A stretch of DNA of 64,000 bases, taken from positions 68,262,001 through 68,326,000 of the forward strand of contig NC_135899.1 in the NCBI RefSeq assembly GCF_964194155.1, given 5' to 3'. Numbering within the stretch: position 1 is the first letter of the stretch; the number at the start of each line of letters is the position of its first letter. Below the pieces are notes generated by a model. That model searched no databases. It had not been told where the DNA came from and saw nothing but the letters and a program-made list of their open reading frames with translations. Position numbers and translations under genes: made by a program. Source of the stretch: Cetorhinus maximus. Taxonomy: Eukaryota. Below are positions 36,151-48,877 of this stretch, in pieces.

Positions 36151-37870
36151 ATAAGAAATAGGAGCAGGTGTAGGCCAATCAGCCCATCAGACCTGCTTTG
36201 CCATTTGATAAGATCACGGCTAATCCGATTGTGGCTTTAACTCCACTTTCCTGCCTGTCCCCAATAATCCGTGGCTCCTATGTCAATCAAAAATCCATCT
36301 AACTTGGCCTTGAATATATTCAATAACCCAGCCTCCACTGCTTGCTTGGGAAGTTAATTCCAAAGACTAGTGACCCTCAGAAGAAATTCCTCTTCATCTC
36401 CATTTTAAATAGGGGACCCCTTATTTTAAAAACTGTGCCCCCTAGTTCAACTCTCCCATGAGAGGAAACATCTTCCCAGCATCTACTCTGTCAAGGCCTC
36501 TCTGAATCAATAAGATCCCACCTCTCATTCTTCTAAGCTTCAATGAATATCGGCCCAACCTGCTCAACCTTTTCCCATAAGCCAACCCCTTCATCCTAGG
36601 AATCAGCCTAGTGAACATTCTTTGAACTGCTTCCAATGCAAGTATATCCCTCTGTAAGTAAGGAGAGCAAAATAGTACTTTAGGTGCAGTCTCACCAATG
36701 CCCTGTACAGTTGTAACAAAACTTTCCTATGTTGATATTCCATCCCCCTTGCAATAAAAGCCAACATTCCATTTGCCTTGCTAATTACTTGCTGTAGCTT
36801 CATGCTAACTTTTTATGAACCATGTACATGAGATCCCTCTAATGCTGCATCCTGCAGTCGCTCCATATTTAAATAACATTCTGCCTTTCTATTCTTCCTG
36901 CCAAAGTGGACAACCTCACATTGTCACACAATTTACTCTTTCTGCCTTTTTTTGCCCACTCACTTTACCTATGTCCTTTTGCAGGCTCTTTGCATTCTCC
37001 TTACAACTTGCTTTCCTACCCACCTTTGTATCATCAGCAAATTTGGCCACAATACTGTATGTCCCTTCATCCATATCATTAATATAGATTGTAAATAGTT
37101 GAGGTCCCAGCACAAATTCTCAGATTTGAATTTGTCTTCTCTGAATTATTAGCACAGGCCTCTGAATTAAGAGTCCAGCAACATAACTATAAATATCATA
37201 TCCCTATGGAATCTGGTTTCATAATTTAACCTTTTAAGCCCCTGTATTACTCCAGTGAACCTGCATTGACCTCCTTCCAAGGCCAACATACCCTTCCTGA
37301 GGAGCAGTGTCCAAAATTGTATGCAGCACTCCTGATGGGATCTGACCAACCCTCCTTCCACTTTGTATCCTGGCTCTCTTAAAATAAAGGACCAACATTC
37401 CATTAACCTCTTAAAATTATTTCCATACCTGTTTATTAACCTTTAGTGATTTGTGCACTCAGCTAACCAAATCCCTTTGATCTTCCATAGTTCCTGGTTT
37501 CTCGTCATTAAGACGATATTCAGATTTGTCTTTGTTGGATCCAAAGTGGATGTCCTCACATTTCCACACACTGAACTCCATCTGCTACAGTTTGCCAATC
37601 ATTTAATCTGTTTATGCCCCATTGGAGCTTTTTGCTCCCATGCACACAATTTACTGTGCCTTCTAATATAGTGTCATCTGCAAACTTGGACTCTCTATTC
37701 CTTCACCCACATCGCGGAATTTTATAGTAAAAAAGTGGAGACCCCAATTAGAGTTCATTCTCAATATCCATATACTCTCTGTCCCCTACCATCCAACCAA
37801 TTGGCAATCCATGTCGTATAGTTAACTCTAATTCTGTTTGCTTTTCCTTTTGCCAATAATCTCTTGTGGG
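36150..37870 (-). mobile_element. Two adjacent CR1 3' fragments (36150-37113; about 37175-37870)
   Basis: LGPQLFTIYINDMD..AKFADDTKVG, KANGMLAFIARG..LYRALVR, VQRMFTRLIP. Confidence 0.85.
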
Positions 37871-38144
37871 TTAGGTGCTATATAAATGCGAGTCTCTTAC
37901 TGGTTATACAAATTCATCCACTTCAAACTCAAATTAAAAATTACTTTTATTCACTTATGTATGCTCATCAATGTTGTCAATAGAGAACAAAATATCTTTT
38001 TTCCCCACAACTATCTGCTTAACTCAAACCTCAGAGGGTGCACTCTACATTGTGACATTTTCCCCCTCACACAGCTACTTACGTGGTTTCACTAAACAAA
38101 TCTGCTAGACAAATACAAGCCCTTGTTTTTATTGAAGGACTTCT

Positions 38145-38368
38145 TCACATTGGGAGTAGTGGAAATCTAGAACGCTCTCCTCAAAAAGCTGTTGAGGCCA
38201 AGTCAATTGAAAATTTCAAAACTGAGATTGAGAGATTTTTGTTAGACAAGGGTATTAAGGATTATAGAACCAAGGCAGATAGAGTTAAGATACAGATCAA
38301 GCATGATCTAAACAAGCAACAGAGTGAGCTTTATGGCTGAATGTCCTGCTCTTTTTTCTATGTTCCTA
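38145..38368 (+). mobile_element. CR1 3' end fragment
   Basis: ..PQKAVEAKSIENFKTEIERFLLDKGIKDY plus tail ttctatgttcct. Confidence 0.75.
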
Positions 38369-38814
38369 CTTTGTACTGGTGATCAATACCAAGCTACAAA
38401 ACACTGATTATATATGTATATCTACTAAAGATGAAGGTTTTTTGCTTTGATCATGATAGCTCAAAGTTGACACTACAGTGTACTAAACCCACTGCAGCAG
38501 TCAGCAATGCTCACTTAGACTGGAAGTTTGTTTATTTTTAAAAAGCCACATTCCAATGTTAGGTATTCTTCCCTCAGCCAAGGTCATTTGCACTAAATGT
38601 TTTTCAAATAGTTTGCAAATAAAGGGAATTCACTACTTAATGGAGTGTCAATTCACAGCAGGCAACATTAATGCTGCAATTGAACAAGTTGAAATATAAA
38701 TTTATTTCAATACACTGGGAAACTTGGGTGTAAAATTCTTATCTGACTTTTAGAGTTAGTTTGGACAGAAAAAAAGTATATCTGTATTAGGCTGGAGAGC
38801 TAAAACATTCTTAC

Positions 38815-38940
38815 CAGTAAAAGAGCTGCAAACTGTTCGCTATCATTTTTTGCATCTTGTAGAACCTGAAGACATCGTTCGAGTGCCTTGCTCCTTGTTC
38901 CATCTTCAGTCACACATGGATTTTCTGAATTTGATGCCAT
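38815..38940 (-). CDS. NCDN: Neurochondrin first coding exon (acceptor at 38950, ATG at 38940)
   Basis: MASNSENPCVTEDGTRSKALERCLQVLQDAKNDSEQFAALLL|gtaag; six exons total 2181 nt = 726 aa + stop. Confidence 0.93.
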
Positions 38941-40029
38941 TAGAGAAATCCTAACTGCGACAAAATATTTAACAAACTCTGAGCAGTGATTTCAATAAAA
39001 CGGGGAGTTTCTGCAGAAAATCCAGACTTTGCGAATGAAAATAGATTTTCACAGCTTGACAAAAGCACTTAAATACTTGGGTAAGCACCAGGATGACAAA
39101 ATTTCACCCAATTCAGTAAAAGCAAAATACTGTGGATGCTTTAGTATCTGGGTAAGACGATAACTGATACATTTTCATTCAAAACACATATTGTCCTTTC
39201 TTCCGCCCAGGAAATATGTAGTAACCTTCAGGAGATGAGTGTGATTTATAAACATCTCAATTTATATATATAGGTACTTGAATATTACTCTATTCTTTTG
39301 TTAGCAGCTACAAAACTAGTTAATTTGACGGAGAAGCAATCTTCAGAAATAAATTGATTAAAAGGGGAACAAAGTTTTAAAGGGCCCAAAAAATGTTCTA
39401 CTACATATGCACAAACATTTTTGAAAGGAATCAAAAACTAATGCAAACTAAAACAAAGGGGGAGGATAGGGAGGAAGAGGAGGAGAGGACAGGGGGAAGA
39501 CGGGAGGACCGGGGGGGGAGAGGTTTAAATAAAATATCTTGCTTTTTTATACACTGCCTTAAAGTACTTCAAATACCATTGATTATTTTGATAGACAACG
39601 CTACTTGCTATACAGGAGCATACAGTAGCAGTACTCTTGTACACAGCAAGACCCTACCAATAGCACCGAAATGAAGGGGTGGTTAATTTGATTATAATGT
39701 TGTCGGGGAGGGGAAGTTCGATGGGGATCAAATAGTGACAGAGAATATTTAGTTTCCGCCTGGACTACCGAAAGTGGTCAAGCGAGGCTTTAGTTTAATA
39801 CCGCCTCATAAAGACCTCCAACAAAGCAGCACCAGTATCGCACTAGAGTGTCGGCTAAAGCCTCACAGCGGCGTATCTGAAGCAAAAAGCCAACACATAA
39901 ACCAAAGCGTTTTTACATTTAATCGGAGGACTCGGAGTAACTTTGTTTTGGAAGGTGTCCCGGTAGATGAACCGCTTGGACAACGGCAACAAAATTAAAA
40001 AGACAAACGAACCATAAGCACCAACTCAC

Positions 40030-40075
40030 CTCGCACCTCACCAACATCCGGTGAAATATGAACTTTCACCCCGAC
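40030..40075 (-). other. NCDN: Probable non-coding first exon of NCDN (5' end uncertain)
   Basis: GAG|gtgagt donor at 40030/40029 just downstream of the CCAAT cluster. Confidence 0.6.
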
Positions 40076-40750
40076 CAGCATTAGCCAATCACCGCCTTCT
40101 GCATGCCTGCGGCACCGCGGACCAATAGGAAGACGGCTCATCCCCCCCCCCCCCCCTCCCCTCCCCTCCCCTCCCCCCAAGCAACTGTCGCTAGGCGCCG
40201 GGCGGACCAATAGGAAGTGGGGTCCTCGCGGGGAGTCACGTGGGGCACCCAGCACAGCCTGAGGGTTTGCCCTATTCATCCTGACATTGCCATCAGAGTT
40301 CCCAACTCTAACGCACTGCGGCGCTGGAGGCGAATGGACCTTAATTGCCACCCTGTCTGGAACTGGATTTTTTAAATTATTATTCCTGAACATTTAAATT
40401 TGTCCCGCCAGATGTATTCCATACGGTTTGTTTTGAATTAGCTGTCATAATTATCCACACTCTGGGAGTTCGGAACCAATGCACTTGGTTCGTGTTTCCG
40501 CCGGACTGTTCCCCCGGACACATTTCGCCTTCACATGAGCGCGAAGAAGGATTTGACTCCGAGTTAAATTGTTGGTGGGTGATTTCTGACCGGTTGTTAA
40601 CGGCGGGATTATCTGGTTGGTTATCGATGGGCGGGACCGATCTATTTATTATGAATTATAATTTGGGCCTTGGGGGGGAGGGGGAGGGGGAATAAGCGGA
40701 AGTGACGGAAGGTGTGTTTGAGATCCTGGAGTGGAGGAGGCGCCGTCATT
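40076..40750. promoter_or_regulatory. Bidirectional promoter NCDN / KIAA0319L
   Basis: CpG-rich; CCAAT at 40085, 40122 and 40207; E-box GTCACGTG at 40235-40242; tandem ETS sites GCGGAAGTGACGGAAG near 40696-40712; genes diverge from here. Confidence 0.8.
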
Positions 40751-43700
40751 GGGAATCGTGAAACAGAGGGAGGGAGATAGAGGAAGAAATAATAGATAGA
40801 GAGAGAGGGACAGCTAGGGGGTTAGAGAGAGGGAGATAGAGTGGAATAGCGATAGAGAGAGGAATAGACAATGGGATAGAGAAAGGAATAATAGAGAGAG
40901 AGGGCATAGGGGAGAGAAAGCGAAACCGGGAACAGAGATACCGAGGGGGGATAGGAGAAGGAAAGGGGGCGGGGGCGGGGGCGGGGGTGGGGGGTATTCG
41001 GGCATGAGTAAGAGACATTGGAGCGGGAGGGAGGAAAGAAACAACTCGGAGGCAGAGGAGTGGGGGGGGGGGAACAGGGTGTGTGAGAGAGATCGGGATA
41101 GAAAGAGACCGTGAGAGCCGGTGAGTGCAGGATCGGGATCTGGACCTTGACCAGGACCAGAAACATCACCCGGCGCAGTAAACGGTGGTAATGTGTGGCA
41201 GAGTGCAGGCTTGACAGCCGGATATTGTTCCGGCGAGGCTGATCCTGATCCTGATCCTCATTCTGATCAGGCGCTTGTGGAGCCCGAGCGGCAGGTGACC
41301 GATGCGTTTTATTTTTTCCTTAATTCATTGCCTGTTTTCATACACATTTTAGCAGCAGCAGCGTGTAAAGGTGCACACTTTACAGGCGTGTTTATTAACC
41401 CTCCCTCCCTCCGTCCGGATTTACCATATGGTCGATCAATTTTCCGCCGATTCCAACTGGAAGTCGGTAGCGGCCGAATAGCAGCACTTGGAGTTGGGAA
41501 CTCTCCTGCTCTGATCATTTACCTGACGTTCTACGAGTGTTATAATGGATTCAGTTGATTGTAGGTTTAAGTCTTAAACAGTGATGAGCAATAAGTGTTA
41601 AGATAGTTGTCTGCTAGGTATGATAGGATCTGTGTGATTAGTAGGATGACGAAATGTCTTTTAAAATATTTGCAATAGCAGATGGTTTTTATGTTCGTGC
41701 AAAGAAAATAACATTTTTAAAGTACTTTTCATAGCCACATGATACTCAAACGTGCTCTATAACCAAATAATTGCTTTAACGCAGCAGCTATTTTGCATGC
41801 AAATGTTGGCCAGCACACTGAGAACTGCCTTCCTACTTTTTGAGTGGCGTTGGACGTTAAACAGACTAATCTTGGTGTAGGGTCTTGCCAAATTGATGGC
41901 ATTTCCGTCGATGCAGCGCCGCTTCAGTCCTGTGCTACAGGATCGGGTTAAATGAGTTAGTAATATTCTGGAGTGGGACATGAATTTGCAGCATCCTCAC
42001 TGAGGTGAGAGTGGGACGACTGAGGCAAGCTGACATGAGAGAATTAATTGATTCCTTTAGGGTTCCAGCATGTATATGTGACAGTTTAACTTTTTTTGAT
42101 TAAATTTGACTGGCTACATTGTAATTACTGCATAAAATTATGTAAAATTATTTCCATTTGACTTTAACGGTTGAAGGCTAAAATTGGATTGTAACAGAAG
42201 CTTAGCTGATCACTTTAGATTGTTTAGAATGAGAAATATTTAGTGTTTATAGTTTTGATAAATGGATGTGTCATGGACTCTGATGTTTCACCAATTAATG
42301 GATATAAAATGAACTACCCCCATAGAGTTTATTGAGTAACTAACAATTCTGTATAGTTCTCTTTAGCTAATTCTGTTGGGTAGACCATTTTGCAAATGAT
42401 TATACACTGAAGGTAAGGAGCACTTCTGTAATAATAGTTAACTTTTGAAAAATGCTTTGACCACGCACAGCGTTTTGCAAAGGCTTCTAAAGGTACATAA
42501 TAGAACTATTTAAAATTAATTATTGATGACATCATTATATGTTACCTTTTTTGAAAAGCAAGCCAGTAATGTGAATAGTTTTCAATGGCATGATTCGATG
42601 CTGCGCAGAAAGTCTTTAGTAGTTATGCTTGGTACAATGTGCATATTTGGCAAATATGTAGTAAATATATATAAGCATTATATTTGAATTGTACAATTAG
42701 AACATTAATTTGTATGTAGCAATACTTAGTTATTGTTGTTTTGACCTATGATTCCAAATTATATTGGCATGTTCATTATGTAAATGGTATATAGGTGCAA
42801 GTTGCTGCATTATCAGAATGTTCAACCCTCGAATCTATAGAAATTTGGAGCTCAGAGCTTTTTGCGTCATTTTTGTTTTCCTTCAGACTTTCACTCCTTG
42901 CACTAGGGCTGCACATCATCTCTAGTGTGAGGCAACATGAAGGAGTATATTCTTAAGTATTAAAAATTGAAATTTACAACATATTGTGGATAATCTGCAG
43001 TGCTAATCTCTTTCTAGTTTGCTATAGGGCTAAATCTCAGTTCTTTTCTAGCCAATTACAATTGAAATGTAAAAAAGGCTAAAGCTTAACTATTTAATTC
43101 ATCTTGTTAAGTAGTCAATTAATGAGGATTTGGTACAGTACTTTAATGGCATTTGTGGTGTGAATTACTGTGAGGATCATAAGAGAAAATCTTAAGTGTC
43201 GTGAAGCTGTAAGATACCTAAAAGGCAGCATACTTGTGTAGCACAGCTCATTTATGCTTAAATCCTATAAAAATGAACTCTTTTTACCATGTCAAATCCT
43301 CAGTGAGGTATATGAAATATTAGGTGATTCCTATGAATTTCCACTTTTTGGTAGAAAAACATAAAGCAAATTAAATATCTGCTAACAACCTGCTCCAGCA
43401 AAATTAGGAGTAAATGGAGAATGATATGTACAAGGCTTGAAATTATGCCTTTGACTGGAAACTTCTGGTGTGAAGGAGTGACAGGGAATGTGCCCTGAGC
43501 ATTGATTCCATAAAACATGCAGTGAAAGAATGGGCTAAGCAGGAGTAAAGTTGTATAGATACTTACTGAGGATATAATTTCAAGTTTTCCTGTTTCTCGA
43601 CCCAGTATCCAATTTTCATTAAGGTAATTCCACTAACAGTAGGCAGTTCAATTACTTATTGTACCACAACATAGAGATACAAATGTTGCATTTAGAATTG

Positions 43701-44321
43701 TTGGGAATTTCTATGTTATCTGTGGTTACTGTTGTTATCTGTGTTACTGTGGTTTCTGTGTTATCAAGCTGTAAGAGTAAAGTGAGTCTGATCCCTAAGG
43801 TTAAAACTGCATCTTTTGCTGTACCTTTTTAAACTAACTCATCCTAAAACATCAACGGTTTTGAGGACTCAATAATTTGAAAAAATATTTTGGCGTCCCG
43901 TGCATTATTCATTGTTAGCTGCAGAATATGCTATTAGTGCAATTTGTCATAGATGGTTAATTAGTTAATAGTAAAGCTGAAATTATAATAGTTGAAGACT
44001 GAGAGGGTGCTGTGATATTTACAGGGTATACCGAAGGCCTGTCACATGAAATGAAGTAAAATGGAATGGAACCTCAGTTCCAGTCATGTAATTAATTTGA
44101 CAGACCCTGTCATGCGTTGCCCTCCATCCTGATCCTAGCTGCGGGCAAAATTACATTCACCAGAAAGATGAATAAGGTCAACCCACAAGATTCACTTGCA
44201 CATCATGTTCCAAATAATATTGGTTTGGGCTCTGTTTCAAGAGTGAAGGTGTTTTGGAATTAACAATGTTAATAAACTAAGCTTGAGCTTATGGCAATTA
44301 CAGTATAGATGAAAGGAAGAA

Positions 44322-44730
44322 GGAAAGACTTGGATTTATGTAGCATCTTTCATGACCACTGGATATCTCAAAGTGCTTTACAGCCTATGAAATGCTTTTA
44401 TAGTCACTATTGTAATGTAGGAAATGTAGCAGCCAGTTTGCACACAGCAAGCTTCCACAACCAGCAATGTGGTAATCAGATAATCTGTTTTAGTGATCTT
44501 GATTGAGGGACAACTATTAGCCAGGACACTGAGGACACCATACCTCCTCTTTTAAAGTGCCATGAGATTTTTGTTTTACATTCACTTGAGAGGATAACTG
44601 GGTCCTCGATTTAACATTGCATGGCACCTCCAATGGTACAGTACTCCCTCAGTACTTCATTGTGGCATCAGCCTAGATTTTTGTGCTCAAGTCCTGGATA
44701 GGACATGACTCAAAGCCATAACTGACACAA
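44322..44730 (-). mobile_element. Deu-domain-type SINE; relatives at about 39690-39900, 41740-42035, 45572-45850 and 52868-53285
   Basis: Shared block aaagacttgcatttata..caaagtgctttacagc..tgtaatgtaggaaa..cagccagtttgcacacagcaa..ttgagggataaatat. Confidence 0.7.
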
Positions 44731-47324
44731 ATGCACAGTATATGCTTTAATTAACTAAGAGGCTTTCACATTTTGTGGCTTTTCTTTGTTCAGGGTGTCA
44801 TGGCTCCTGCTACACCTGCAAGACACAAGAGCTGCTTCGTTATATTGAGAGTAGAATAATCTTGCACTGAATCTCATTGTAATTCTTTCTGAAAATCTTG
44901 GTCATCTGCCATTTTCTTGTGTTGAGTTACTGAAATTTCTAATAATCAAAATAAGTGTATAGACAATTTTCTTTAAAAACTTGATACGTTTGCCTAGCTC
45001 TGCATTCTGTGTGTCACTGTGTCTCAGTGAGCTGAATCTGAATTGTGTAGTCTAAGTTTGTGTAGTGAGCCCAGTCACAGCAGATGGTGTGCCAACCTGG
45101 TGGTTTTTAAAACTTTCTCCAACTTGATCCCCAGCAAAGAAATTTCAACAGGTGTGATAATAGCAATTACCTCATGAAAATAAGCAATGTCATTTTATTT
45201 AATAGGCTCCTGAACTGTTGCTTTATTTAATAGACTCCTATTTGAGGAGACACTTGGGGATAGTACAGCCAAACTATCAGTCTAAGGTAACTGAAGGGCT
45301 GCCAGAGCTGAGGAGTGATCAGCTTGTACACATAAAAAGTGACACGTTTCAAAATACAAATATATAAATGTAAAGACATTTTTGTAGAAATTAAATTGTT
45401 TGCAAAAAGCTGGCAATGTCTCTTGCTGAAAGTTTTGCTCTCAATAAAGAGGGAACATTTTTAAAATGTGGATTAGAAGGTTTCATTGTTGACTGTCGGT
45501 TTTACTGGTTCAGTACAATTGTGTCACTTTTTTTTTGAATGATTTGTTCAGAAGAGGAGGAAGAAGAAAAGCTTCATTTATATACTGCCTTTCCCAACCA
45601 TAGGATGTCCCCAAAATGCTTTATAGGCAGTGATGCACTTAGAACGATGGTCACAGTTGTAATGTAGAAAACCAGGACAGCCAGCTTGAACCTAGCAAGG
45701 TTCCACAAAGAGTACTGAGATACTGGTTTTTGATTCAGGTTTTTGCTTGGAATGTTGGTTGAGGGATAAATATCAGTTAGGTCTGAGAGAACCCACTGCT
45801 CTTCTTTGGATAGTGCGTGGGATTTTTTTGTGTCCACCTGAGAGGGTAGATAGGCTCTCAGAAGTTGTAGATTCTGTTATTTGATGCTTTGTCAGTCACC
45901 ATGATACATGTGTGTGGGTTTCCATCTACAATCGACCAAGTACTGCAAATGTGACTTCCAAGATTATTTCATCCAGTTTGTTTTAGTGAAAAACCCTAAG
46001 TTTATAAATATTAGGCATTTGCCATTCACAACAATTGAACTTTACAGAAATTTCTGCAATAAATACTGAATGACACATTTATTTGTGATCTGAATAGAAA
46101 GATGAGGGGAGTGATGCAAAGCTAGCCCTCTTTGTGAATAGGCTCTTTATATCCCTTGTGGGCTAAACTATGCGTAGTATCCCATTGTTTCCTTGTTTGT
46201 GTACTGAATCCAGTGTAATGCAAGCCTGGCCTGGTTGCAAATGTCACGATTAACAGGATATTGCTGCTAATGCAATCTGAAATCTTCTCAGATTCTGAAT
46301 ACTGACATTTGTATTTGCTTGCACTTGTTTAAATTAAAATTGCTATGCTCCCAACTGTTGTGCATATTTTGCTGATGAGTTGTAAGGGTTAAAATAGCCA
46401 GCCCAATGAAATATTTTCTTGCAGCGGCACTGTAAATATTCAGATTTTTAGGGTCAAGGTCAATTTTATGCACAGCTGATTTGTGACTGATTTCAAGGCT
46501 TTGCCAATTTGTCTGACTTTGCATGTGTGGGCTATGAGTGATAGTCCAGTGTAAGAGCACAAAGTACATTCCAGTGCAGAAATTTAAAAGTGCCTTTTCA
46601 GTGAAAAGTTAAAAGAAAACTGCTTAGACACATCAGCTTCCTTGTTCCTTAACGTATTCTTTGTAAGTAATCAATCTTTTGTGACAGCTACAGTTTCAAA
46701 GGGAGATTTTCCTAGTTTTAATTTGGGGCAGCGAGAATGGCTTTCACGTGAAATAATTGCGGAACTTTTTACTAAAGGTGTATTGATAGTTCTTTCTAAT
46801 TAGCAGTTGCTTTACCATCTGCAATTCTTCTTCATCAGTTCTCTGCCTGAAGGCAGGCCTGAATCACAGTGCCACGGTCTCCACCACGGGTAGTGCAAGG
46901 AATCTATCCCAGCTGGAACAGGAATTGAACCCCATGTTTGCAGCAGTCTGATCCACACTAGCCACCCAGCCAACTGGTCCCCAAGGAGTCCGATTTGCTG
47001 TGACAACATGCACTTTTACATGCATATGGTAGCCTGGAGATATGGATAGTGATGGTTGAGACTCCAATTTCTTTCCATCACATGGCTGACCAGGAATCTC
47101 TTCCGCTGTTATCACCTGCCATTGGCGTATATTGGAAAGATTTGCAGGTCGATACTCAACCTGTTTGGCCGCATTATGATGCCAAACCTTCTTTGGCCGT
47201 TAAGCCTTGGGGTGGGACTTGAACCTGGAGCTTCTGGCTCAGAGACAGCGACGCTGCACGTGACTTCCTCATCTGCAAATACTATTCCAAAATATCCAGT
47301 AAAAACATTAAAATATTCTTAACT

Positions 47325-47650
47325 CTTACCTAGAGAAGAGCAGATTGAGAAGAGATTTCATAGATATGCTCAAAATCATGAATGGCCTAGTCAGCATCGA
47401 TGGAGAAACCGTTCTCATTGGCAGAGGGTTGAGAACCAAACCCTCTTTTAAAGTAATTGGCAGAAGGACCAACCGCGATATGAGAAACAACTTTTTTACG
47501 CAGCAAGTGGCTAGGATCTGGAATTCACTGCCTGAGAATGAGGCAGTTTCAATTGTGGCACCTGATGAGGGAAAGTTTGCAGGGCTTCGAGGAAAGGGCG
47601 GAGGAGTGGGATTCATTGAGTTTTTCTTGCAGCGAGTTAGCACGGACTTG
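47325..47650 (+). mobile_element. CR1 3' fragment
   Basis: LRRDFIDMLKIMNGL..RNNFFTQQVARIWNSLP. Confidence 0.8.
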
Positions 47651-48735
47651 GGGAAAAAAAGTCAAACGCAACAAATTTTACCTCGGTAAAGATTTTAGAA
47701 TTTGTCCTCGAGCTTTCCTTCAAATAATTGGACTAAACTTTGAGCAGAAACTGCTAAAAGAAAATATTCCTCAGTAAAGCTGATTGGTATTGATGGATCA
47801 TAGAAAATTAGAAAGCACTGTTCATGCTTAGGCTGCTCACTATAACACAGTTCAAACAAAACATCAAGTCTAAAGGCAAGATTTTTGGGACTGGATGAGT
47901 TCTTCAAGTAAAAGTTTTAACAAAGGCACTGTAAGACAGAAAATACAACGCAAATGATTTATGCAATTCACCATAACATAATTACATTCTTTTTAGTTGT
48001 TTTGGACATTAGAAATTTAAAAAGCATTTGATGATTGTTGGAACCCAATGGAAAGATTGCGCAAGCTGGTGGCTGGATTGGGCAATCAGTGAGGAGTTTT
48101 CCTGGTGTTTTCCATTAAAAATAGGGGTAAAGAGATGTGTCAGACAATTAATGGTTTTTGCAGTGATCTTTTGTGCAACCATTTTCAAGAAACCATTTCC
48201 TGTAGTTTTTCCACACTGCCTGAGTTGATCCTATCTTATGTGGATGATACATTGCATTTACAAAAGGGAATAAATACCAAAAGCAACTAACATAAGCTTG
48301 CACTATTTTGGCAGGTAGTGGATTTCCTGTGGGCTATCCCACAGAAAATCATGACTAGATGAATTGGCCTCCAAGTGTATCAATGATACTGTCGGTATAG
48401 ATGTAAGTACAGCTCCTGAAGGTCCATCCAATGGTATTCTGATGCAGTTGTGTCATAGAATGGTGAACACAGATAAACCATTTATGGAGAGGTTTTTAAT
48501 TCTATTGTACCACTGAGCTAAAAGCCCGAGTGCAATCATTCTCATTAAGGAAATTGATTTATTTTGCCAATCATACATAATTAGTTATGCTTTAATGTGA
48601 TTACTGTTACTAAATTATACATTAAATAAGCAAGGTGCGCCATACATAGCAAGTACAAGACAGATTAGTGTTATACTCAAGTCTGATCTGTATTCTTTTT
48701 CTCTACAGGCGATTGTCTTCAGTAGCATGGTAGCC

Positions 48736-48877
48736 ATGGACGGGAGGCTGGAAAGTTTACTTGTCCCTGTGATCTCTTCTGTAATAATTGGAATTTTCCT
48801 TCGATGGACATCTGTTTCAAAGCATAAGATCCTGTTGTATGGCTGCTTCTGTCTGACCACATTGAGTTCAATTACTA
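48736..48877 (+). CDS. KIAA0319L: KIAA0319L first coding exon (acceptor at 48709; in-frame upstream ATG at 48727)
   Basis: ctctacag|GCG..GCCATGG (Kozak)..ACTA|gtaagt; MDGRLESLLVPVISSVIIGIFLRWTSVSKHKILLYGCFCLTTLSSIT resembles recalled human MEKRL..LFYTCFCFSVLWLST; 142 nt, phase 1 fits the next exon; too short for the ORF track. Confidence 0.85.

Noticed and set aside
40746-41169. Hydrophobic/Pro-rich minus-strand ORFs
   Set aside because: Derived from GA-rich low-complexity sequence near the promoter
42367-42412. Possible KIAA0319L exon (tttag...AAG|gtaagg)
   Set aside because: Strong donor but no supportive ORF; could be a 5' UTR exon but cannot be supported without transcripts
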